Below, in pieces: positions 19,398 to 25,389 of a DNA stretch of 43,091 nt (position 1 is the stretch's first letter; the number at the start of each line of letters is the position of its first letter). The notes below the pieces were generated by a model. The model did not search any database, had not been told where the DNA came from, and worked only from the letters and a program-made list of their open reading frames with translations. Source of the stretch: an uncultured Acidimicrobiia bacterium (lineage in GTDB: Bacteria; Actinomycetota; Acidimicrobiia; Spongiisociales; UBA11373); assembly GCA_964548475.1 (NCBI GenBank), contig CAZJRF010000001.1, positions 1-43,091 on the forward strand, given 5' to 3'. Made by a program: the position numbers and the translations under genes.

Positions 19398-19727
19398 TGT
19401 CGGCGGAGAGATCCACCGGCCCGCGGAGGACCGGCAACGGTTCACCGTGGCGCTCTCGTCGAGCCCCGCAAGGGGCCGCAGCGGAACCCGAAAGGGGGAC
19501 GCACCGGGGGGCCTTCGGGCCTTTCGCGACGGAGTGAACCGGCACCGGACTTCGGCCCGGAGTCGGACCGGAGTACTCGCAAGGGTGCTTCGGGACCAGG
19601 GTGCCCGCAAGGGTGCTCTGGGAGGAGCCCCGAGAGGGTGGAAGCCTCGGCAGAAGCTCTCTCGGGGTTTCTCGCGTCCGGGCCGCTTCATCCCGCAGGC
19701 GCCACCCCGGCTCTCTAGCATGGCGCC
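19398..19727 (+). ncRNA. candidate long structured 5' leader or cis-regulatory RNA upstream of the bPH-SHOCT gene, family unknown
   Basis: Seven hairpins capped by GCAA, GAAA or UUCG lie at 19429-19442, 19463-19476, 19487-19496, 19510-19521, 19545-19560, 19573-19588 and 19601-19616. A 15-bp helix pairs 19622-19636 with 19659-19673. The loops are stable tetraloops only on the plus strand. Confidence 0.35.
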
Positions 19728-20348
19728 ATGGGTTACCCGAAGCGTTTGCTCAGCGAAGGCGAAGAGATAGTCCGCGAGTTCCGGCCCCACTGGCGCATGC
19801 TGGTGGTGCCGCTCGGCTGGACGCTGCTCCTCGGGGCAGCCGTGGTCCTCACCTGGATCTACCCGCCCGACCAGGCCTGGTTCGACTGGGGTGTCACCGG
19901 CATCGCCGCGGTGGCCTGGCTGGTCCTCGGCCTCTACCCGCTGATCTCCTGGTTCTTCACCCTCTACGTGCTCACCAACGAGCGGCTGATCGCTCGCCGC
20001 GGGGTGCTGGCCCGGCACGGCCTGGAGATTCCCCTCGAGCAGATCAACGATCTGACCTTCACCCAAACGATCCTGGAGAGGGTGCTTCGCTCCGGTGATC
20101 TGTTGATCGAGTCGGCGGGGACCCAGGGACAGAGCCACTTCAGCAACATCCCCGAGCCCGAGGAGTTCCACAGCCTGCTTTACCGGGTGCGGGAGGCTCG
20201 CACCATGGCCCTGGAGGGCATCAAGCCGGTGCCGCAGGGCGACGACACGGTCTCTCGTCTGGAGCGCCTGGCCCGGCTGCAGCAAGACGGGATGATCAGC
20301 CGTCAGGAGTACGAGGAGCAGAAGAAGCAGATCCTCGGCCAGGCCTAG
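19728..20348 (+). CDS. membrane protein with bacterial PH domain (YdbS/YdbT-like, bPH_2) and C-terminal SHOCT domain
   Basis: LLSEGEEIVREFRPHW is followed by two TM helices, then YVLTNERLIARRG...INDLTFTQTILERVLRSGDLLIES (bPH). The C-terminal RLERLARLQQDGMISRQEYEEQKKQIL is SHOCT. Confidence 0.85.
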   Translation: MGYPKRLLSEGEEIVREFRPHWRMLVVPLGWTLLLGAAVVLTWIYPPDQAWFDWGVTGIAAVAWLVLGLYPLISWFFTLYVLTNERLIARRGVLARHGLEIPLEQINDLTFTQTILERVLRSGDLLIESAGTQGQSHFSNIPEPEEFHSLLYRVREARTMALEGIKPVPQGDDTVSRLERLARLQQDGMISRQEYEEQKKQILGQA

Positions 20349-20992
20349 TCGGCGCCGCTCCGTACCGTTCCCGGGAAGATGAGGTGGAGCGACGGGGGGT
20401 CGGGGGCCTCCGCCTGCTCAATCCGTCCTCCCATGGCGGCGACCAGCCGTCTGCTAAGCGGGGAGACGGGGGGAAGAGCGTTGTCCCCGGTGGTGATGGT
20501 GAAGCGGCAGTCCCCGCCCCCGCGGCGTACCACCACCCGGACCTCGCCGGCAGGGGAAGCCGCCCGTCCGAGGATTCCGGCCAGGGCCCGGCGCAGGCCG
20601 GGGGCGGGGAGGTGAAGCTCCCCCAGGTCGTCGGGCACGTCGGCGATGATGACCGCGTGGCCCCCGGTCTCCCCGGCCTGTCGGATTAGATCGGCCACCT
20701 CGGGAGGGAGCAAGTGGGCGGTGTCCCCCGGCGCGGCGGCAGCCGGCAGCTCGTCGAGCAGGCGGCGCATCTTCTGGGCCTGGGCCAGGGCCGCCTGCAG
20801 GAGAGCGGCCAGGTCCGGGTCATCGGGAGCCAGCGCGGTGCGGGCCAGGGTCTGCAGGGCGCCGAGCACGGTAGTGAGAGAGGTGCGCAGGTCGTGATCC
20901 AGGGCGGCCACGAGCTCGGAGCGCAGTGGTGCCTCACCTTCAGGCGGGGTCGGCCCTCCGGGGGTCGGGGCGGGGACGGCGAAAATCGGCAT
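20345..20992 (-). CDS. soluble HisKA-domain protein with degenerate HATPase_c domain (histidine kinase-like)
   Basis: H-box LVAALDHDLRTSLTTVLGAL with the following dimerisation helices. The catalytic region lacks the N-box Asn (AGILGRAAS) and the G1/G2 glycine boxes (TITTGDNALPPVSPLS). There is no TM or sensor domain. I place the start at ATG 20992. The track start is 21046. Confidence 0.7.
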   Translation of the reverse strand: MPIFAVPAPTPGGPTPPEGEAPLRSELVAALDHDLRTSLTTVLGALQTLARTALAPDDPDLAALLQAALAQAQKMRRLLDELPAAAAPGDTAHLLPPEVADLIRQAGETGGHAVIIADVPDDLGELHLPAPGLRRALAGILGRAASPAGEVRVVVRRGGGDCRFTITTGDNALPPVSPLSRRLVAAMGGRIEQAEAPDPPSLHLIFPGTVRSGAD

Positions 20993-21122
20993 CTCCCGTC
21001 TGCTTCGGCCCGCCCGGGCCGCGCTTGAGCCGAGATGGAAGCACACCGAAGCAAGCCGGGACGGGCTCAGCTCGAAGGGCCGCGGCGACGAAGCCCGCCC
21101 CGCGGCCGGCGAGAGTCTGTGC

Positions 21123-21356
21123 TTACAGGCGGACCACCGGGCAGGTCAGGGTGCGGGTGATCCCCTCGACCGCCTGGATGCGGGCCACCACGAGCTTGCC
21201 CAGCGAGTCGACATCGTCGGCGGCGGCGTGGACGATGGCGTCGTACGGTCCGGTGACCGCCTCGGCCGCCTTGACGCCGGGGATGCCCTTGACCTCGAGG
21301 GCCACCTGGGCCGCCTTGCCGACCTCGGTCTGGATGAGCACGTAGGCCTCGACCAT
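21123..21356 (-). CDS. stand-alone Lrp/AsnC ligand-binding (RAM) domain protein, 77 aa
   Basis: MVEAYVLIQTEVGKAAQVALEVKGIPGVKAAEAVTGPYDAIVHAAADDVDSLGKLVVARIQAVEGITRTLTCPVV is a typical AsnC_trans_reg domain without an HTH. ATG 21356 follows GGGGAGAG. Confidence 0.85.
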   Translation of the reverse strand: MVEAYVLIQTEVGKAAQVALEVKGIPGVKAAEAVTGPYDAIVHAAADDVDSLGKLVVARIQAVEGITRTLTCPVVRL

Positions 21357-21370
21357 TTCTCTCCCCGTGG

Positions 21371-22318
21371 TTGGTGGTGCGCGACTATACCGCCGGGGGC
21401 CGGGGCAGGTCGATTCGGATACGCTCCCCAATCATCGGCAAATCACAGACCGCCGTCAATCCGGCCAACGCGGTCCTCAACTACCTGTACGCACTGCTGG
21501 AAGCCGAAGCCCGCATCGCCTGCCTGACCGTCGGCTTGGACCCCGGCGTCGGCATCCTCCACACCGACCATCGCAGCCGCGACTCCCTCGCTCTGGACCT
21601 GATCGAAGCCGTCCGCCCCGACGTTGACGCCTACCTGCTCGGGCTGCTCCGCGCCCACGTGTTCGGTGCCACCGACTTCGCCGAGACCCGCCAAGGCGCA
21701 TGCCGGGTCCTCGCCCCACTCACCCACGAGCTGGCCGCCACCACGCCCACCTGGGCGGAACGGCTCGCCCCCATCACCGAACAGGTCGCCCGGCAGCTTG
21801 CCGACACATCCCCAGCCACAATTCGCACCCCCACCCCACTCACCCAGACCAACCGCAAGGCCGCAGTGCGCCAGCAACGCCGCGGTCCCACCTCCCGCAC
21901 CCGGAGGCCGCCCACACCAGCCGGCCACTGCCAGGAGTGCGGCATACAAGTGGAGTTGCCCCAGAGGCGGTGCAGCGACTGCGACCGCGCCTACCGCACC
22001 AGCCCAGGCCATCCAAGGCTCACCCGACTCGCCGTCCTCCGCGCTGAAGGCCAAGACCCCGCCCACGGCGGTGACGCCGGACTCAGGCGCGGCCAGACCA
22101 ACGCCCATCACGTGCGAAAGGCCGCCGCCTGGGAGCAAGCCAACCCACGGCCCGACCCGGACGTGTTCCGCCGGGACATCCTCCCCGGACTCCAACACTG
22201 CAGCCCGCAGAAGATGGCCGACGCCACCGGGCTCTCCCGCCCCTACTGCGCCCTCATCCGCCAAGGCACCTACATCCCACACCCCAGACACTGGGAGGCA
22301 CTCCGCCAGATGACATGA
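21371..22318 (+). CDS. Cas1-family protein lacking the N-terminal domain, with C-terminal Zn-ribbon/HTH-like extension (possible pseudogene or Cas1-solo relic)
   Basis: AVNPANAVLNYLYALLEAEARIACLTVGLDPGVGILHTDHRSRDSLALDLIEAVRPDVD reproduces the Cas1 catalytic-domain signature (N-x-x-L-N-Y-x-Y, E, GxxH, D-L-x-E). Homology starts about 25 codons into the ORF. Roughly 150 N-terminal residues of a normal Cas1 are absent. There is no good start or SD. The tail has CQECG...CSDCD and GLSRPYCALIRQGTYIPHPRHW. Confidence 0.6.
   Translation: MVVRDYTAGGRGRSIRIRSPIIGKSQTAVNPANAVLNYLYALLEAEARIACLTVGLDPGVGILHTDHRSRDSLALDLIEAVRPDVDAYLLGLLRAHVFGATDFAETRQGACRVLAPLTHELAATTPTWAERLAPITEQVARQLADTSPATIRTPTPLTQTNRKAAVRQQRRGPTSRTRRPPTPAGHCQECGIQVELPQRRCSDCDRAYRTSPGHPRLTRLAVLRAEGQDPAHGGDAGLRRGQTNAHHVRKAAAWEQANPRPDPDVFRRDILPGLQHCSPQKMADATGLSRPYCALIRQGTYIPHPRHWEALRQMT
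21406..21420 (+). repeat. left copy of exact 15-nt direct repeat CAGGTCGATTCGGAT
   Basis: Identical 15-mer at 25390-25404. The flanking bases differ on both sides. It lies just upstream of where Cas1 homology begins. Confidence 0.5.
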
Positions 22319-22583
22319 CGTCACCCCAGGCTCTAGCGACGTCACCAGTCCCCCTCAGCATCCCGGCGCCAGGGGTCGCATCGTGCGGCGGAACCGCTCC
22401 GTCGTCTGGCGCAGGCGACGGTTCTCTCGGTAGTAGACCTCGATGAAGTTGCCAAGGTGCTGCTAGGCGAGCGGGTTCTGTCTGAGGGCGAAGTGCTGGT
22501 GACGGCCACAGCCGTCCGGAATCCGGCTCTGGCCGGGCCTTGCCATGACCTCCAGCACGCCCGAAGGGATGCCGTGGGCTTCC

Positions 22584-22610
22584 CTCGTACGAGCCTCGTG
22601 CCGCACGAGG
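22584..22610. promoter_or_regulatory. adjacent palindromes CTCGTACGAG and CCTCGTGC-C-GCACGAGG (candidate operator)
   Basis: A perfect 10-nt palindrome (22584-22593) directly abuts a perfect 17-nt palindrome (22594-22610). Both share the half-site CTCGTRC. They lie 67-93 nt upstream of the response-regulator start. Confidence 0.35.
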
Positions 22611-22676
22611 ATCCCAGGTAACTCTCAAGTTGCCTCGACTCACTGCCGACGCGAACGGCGCGACCGTGGAGATGCC

Positions 22677-23351
22677 GTGACCCGCGTGCTGCTCATCGAG
22701 GACCATCGCCTGGTGGCTCAGGTCCTGGAACGGGGCCTGAGTGCTGAGGGCTTCCAGGTACGCTCCAGCGACGGCACGCCGGGCACTCTCCCAACCCTAC
22801 TTGCCGAGTTCCCGCCCGACGTGGTGCTGCTCGACCTCTACCTGGCGGAGGGGCGCTCGGGTATCGACCTCCTGCCGGTCCTCAGGGCGCCGGAGCGGAG
22901 GGTGGTCATACTCACCGGGGAGTCCGACCCCTCAGTGCTCGCCAGGGCCTTTGAGGCCGGGGCTGACGCGGTCCTCAACAAGGCCATGCCCTTCCTGGGG
23001 TTGGTGAGGCAGATCATCGCCATCCTGCAGGGCCACTCAGTGGAGGCAGAAGATCAGCGCTGCCGGGTACTCAGCCAGGCGCGGGCAGCCCGTGCTGAGC
23101 GCAGAAGGCGTCTCGCCCCGTTCGCTTCCCTGACCCCCCGCGAGGAGGCAGTGCTGGCCATGCTGATCGAAGGAATCCACGCCGCCGACATCGCCGGGTA
23201 TTCGTACGTGTCGCTCTCTACGGTGCGCTCCCAGATCCGTTCGGTTCTCGCCAAACTGGGAGTGGGATCGCAGTTGGGCGCGGTGTCCATGGCAGGCGAG
23301 GTGGGGTGGGCTCCTGGGGCGCCAGCCTTCGAACGCAGCGACCACAGGTAG
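22677..23351 (+). CDS. two-component response regulator, NarL/FixJ (LuxR-type HTH) family
   Basis: Receiver domain RVLLIEDHRLVAQVL...VVLLDLYL...VVILTGE...GADAVLNK. C-terminal LuxR HTH LTPREEAVLAMLIEGIHAADIAGYSYVSLSTVRSQIRSVLAKLGV. GTG 22677 follows GGAG (22666-22669). The track ORF from 22545 adds a non-homologous extension. Confidence 0.9.
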   Translation: MTRVLLIEDHRLVAQVLERGLSAEGFQVRSSDGTPGTLPTLLAEFPPDVVLLDLYLAEGRSGIDLLPVLRAPERRVVILTGESDPSVLARAFEAGADAVLNKAMPFLGLVRQIIAILQGHSVEAEDQRCRVLSQARAARAERRRRLAPFASLTPREEAVLAMLIEGIHAADIAGYSYVSLSTVRSQIRSVLAKLGVGSQLGAVSMAGEVGWAPGAPAFERSDHR

Positions 23352-23464
23352 TAGCCGCCGAAGGCGACAAGCTGACGCAGAGTAGCCATTTCATCAATTC
23401 TGGGGATGACTCCTCGCCCTTGACGCCGGAGAATCTCCCTAGTCGAGTCGTTCAGGAGGCAGAG

Positions 23465-23656
23465 ATGTTGTACGTATGGTCATGGATGCAGACTCTGGGC
23501 GCCAGCCTGCGTCACCGGGACGAGGGCGCCACGATGGTCGAGTACGGCATGCTGGTTGCCGCCATCGCTCTCGTCGTGGTGGTGGGCGCGATCGCCCTGG
23601 GGAACACCGTGTTCGACTGGTTCGATCAGGGGTCGCAGGCCGTCGTTCCCGGCTAG
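23465..23656 (+). CDS. flp: Flp family type IVb pilin
   Basis: A 63-aa product with the Flp motif EG/ATMVEYGMLVAAIALVVVVGAI. ATG 23465 follows CAGGAGG (23453-23459). Confidence 0.9.
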   Translation: MLYVWSWMQTLGASLRHRDEGATMVEYGMLVAAIALVVVVGAIALGNTVFDWFDQGSQAVVPG

Positions 23657-23697
23657 CCCGGAATCGACCCCACAGCTTGAACAGAAAAGGCGTCAGC

Positions 23698-23737
23698 AGC
23701 GGCCCGGGATCGCGGCAAGTGCTGCGCCCGGGCCGCT
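23698..23737 (+). terminator. 11-bp GC-rich hairpin downstream of flp (possible attenuator/terminator, no U-tract)
   Basis: AGCGGCCCGGG (23698-23708) pairs perfectly with CCCGGGCCGCT (23727-23737). The loop is 18 nt. It lies 42 nt after the flp stop and before tadE. Confidence 0.35.
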
Positions 23738-23855
23738 CTGCTGCCCACCCCGCACCGGTGATCTGAGAGCGCCGCCCCCTGGCGGGAGAGCCGACGGCAG
23801 CCGGCTCCCGGCGAGGGTGCCGAGGGGCACGGTGCGGGCCCAGTTGAGGGAGGGT

Positions 23856-24260
23856 GTGTTGCTCTTCAGGATCTTCAGTCGACCAGCCGCCGCCCGGGGT
23901 GACCGTGGGGTCGCGGCGGTGGAGGCGGCGCTGGTGTTGCCGGTGCTGCTGCTGCTGGTGATGGGGATCATCGACCTGGGCCGGGCTTTCGCTACCAAGC
24001 AGGAGGTCACCCACGCCACCCGGGAAGCGGTGCGGGTCTACGCGGTGACCCAGGATCCGGGCCAGGCGGTGCAGGCTTTCGAGGCGGGCACGGCCGGCCT
24101 GGCCTGCAACGCTCCGGTCATCACCCCCCAACCCTGTGTGGAGGGTGAGGAGGTCGCGGTGACCGGCGCCTGCGACTTCGACTTTGTCACCCCGCTGGGT
24201 GACCGGCTGCCGGTGCTCAACCAGATCGGATCGAGGGCGGTGATGCGATGCGGCGGCTGA
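23856..24260 (+). CDS. TadE/TadG-family pseudopilin-like protein
   Basis: The N-terminus RGDRGVAAVEAALVLPVLLLLVMGIIDLGRAF matches the TadE-like signature. GTG 23856 (or TTG 23859) follows GAGGGAGGG. The track ORF from 23556 overlaps flp. Confidence 0.78.
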   Translation: MLLFRIFSRPAAARGDRGVAAVEAALVLPVLLLLVMGIIDLGRAFATKQEVTHATREAVRVYAVTQDPGQAVQAFEAGTAGLACNAPVITPQPCVEGEEVAVTGACDFDFVTPLGDRLPVLNQIGSRAVMRCGG

Positions 24261-25258
24261 GGCGACAGGTAGTGCAGTGGCTGAGACGCGATGAGGGTGT
24301 CTCCATGGTGCTGGTCGGGGTGATGCTGGCGGTGCTCTTGGGCCTGGCCGGCATGGCGGTGGACCTGGGGGTGGTCTACGCCGAGCGGCGGGAACTACGC
24401 AACGGCGCCGACGCCGCCGCCCTGGCCATCGCCGAGGACTGCGGGAGGGGGACCAGGCTCTGCGACAACCCCACCGCCCTGTCCACCGCCGGGCAGTACG
24501 CCGACGCCAACGCCTGGGACGACGCCTCGGCAGTGGATTCCGTCGACCTCACCCTCACCGGCCCCACCACCGGTTCGGTGCGGGTGGTCACCTCCGCCTG
24601 GGACGCCGCCGCCGGCAAGGCCGGGGTGCGGGTTCCTCTGCTGAGCATGCTCGGCTTCGACCGGGTCCAAGTCGGCGCCGCCGCCACCGCCATCTTCGAC
24701 CACCCGGTGTCGTCGGAGGGAGGATTGGCGCTGATCATCGACACCTGCGAGTTCTACACCGCCGTCGGGAGCGGGTACGGGCCGCAGTCGTTGACGACGC
24801 TCATCTTCAAAGACCCCAACAAGGACCCCGAGGGGCCGTGCCTGGCCGACCCGGCCGGCAAGGACGCCCCCGGCGCCTTCGGCTGGCTCGACACGCCGAA
24901 CACCAGCCTCTGCCAGTACGACGATCTGACGGTGGGTGAGGAGGCGGAGGCCGATCCGGGCTACGCCCCCTCCAAGGGATGCAAGCAGGACATCCCTCCC
25001 CTCGACGCCGACTACATGCTCCCGGTCTACTCCGAAGTAGGCGGGTACGGGAACAACACCTGGTACACGGTGGCCGGCTTCGCCTACTTCCATTTCCTCG
25101 GCTACAACTTCCCGATCTGGGGGGAGGCCGGGGTCGGCTGCGGCGGTACAGGCCATTCGGTCGGCTGCATCACCGGCTACTTCACCAGAAACACCCTCTG
25201 GACCGGCGACCCCGGCGGCCCCGACTTCGGAGCAGTCCTGGTCAAGCTGACCGAGTAG
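24248..25258 (+). CDS. TadG-like Flp pilus-assembly protein
   Basis: RRDEGVSMVLVGVMLAVLLGLAGMAVDLGVVYAERRELRNGADAAALA is the pilus-assembly TadE/G-like N-terminal signature. It overlaps the previous gene by 13 nt. Confidence 0.8.
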   Translation: MRRLRRQVVQWLRRDEGVSMVLVGVMLAVLLGLAGMAVDLGVVYAERRELRNGADAAALAIAEDCGRGTRLCDNPTALSTAGQYADANAWDDASAVDSVDLTLTGPTTGSVRVVTSAWDAAAGKAGVRVPLLSMLGFDRVQVGAAATAIFDHPVSSEGGLALIIDTCEFYTAVGSGYGPQSLTTLIFKDPNKDPEGPCLADPAGKDAPGAFGWLDTPNTSLCQYDDLTVGEEAEADPGYAPSKGCKQDIPPLDADYMLPVYSEVGGYGNNTWYTVAGFAYFHFLGYNFPIWGEAGVGCGGTGHSVGCITGYFTRNTLWTGDPGGPDFGAVLVKLTE

Positions 25259-25389
25259 CAGCCGAAGGACGGCCTAGAGCCGGCCGCCCGGGCTGGAGGG
25301 GACGGCGGCCACCCCCTGAACCAGGAGCAGGCGCACAATCACCTGCGCGACGGATAAGGGACGTTCAGGGGTACCCCTACCTCTAGACC

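Noticed and set aside
18899-19727. Tested whether the structured gap is RNase P RNA, tmRNA, SRP RNA, a cobalamin riboswitch or a group II intron domain V.
   Set aside because: I found no GAGGAAAGUCCGG or ACAGAAxCCGGCUUA (RNase P). There is no tRNA-like T-arm, CCA end or Ala-Ala-stop tag frame (tmRNA), and no GGAAGCAGCC-type SRP domain IV. I saw no convincing B12 box and no 34-nt domain V with an AGC triad. This was a check from memory, not a covariance-model search.
19234-19770. A 178-aa plus-strand ORF across the large gap. A possible leaderless 46-codon ORF also starts at ATG 19397, right after the predicted promoter.
   Set aside because: The products are Arg-rich with no hydrophobic core or recognisable motif. 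My hand count gives about 24% A/T at third positions for the 46-codon ORF, much higher than in bona fide genes here. A short regulatory leader peptide cannot be excluded, but there is no positive evidence for one.
22545-22676. The N-terminal 44-codon extension of the response-regulator ORF in the track.
   Set aside because: The extension (MTSSTPEGMPWASLVRASCRTRIPGNSQ...) has no receiver-domain homology. GTG 22677, with GGAG 8 nt upstream, gives a canonical receiver N-terminus (TRVLLIEDH).
25282-25312. A GGCCGCC...GGCGGCC hairpin after the tadG-like gene, and a similar GGCCGCGG...CCGCGGCC hairpin at 21078-21107 after the AsnC-RAM gene, considered as terminators.
   Set aside because: The stems are 7-8 bp with 14-15-nt loops and no U-tract. 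In DNA this GC-rich, such pairings are expected by chance. They are too weak to list as features.
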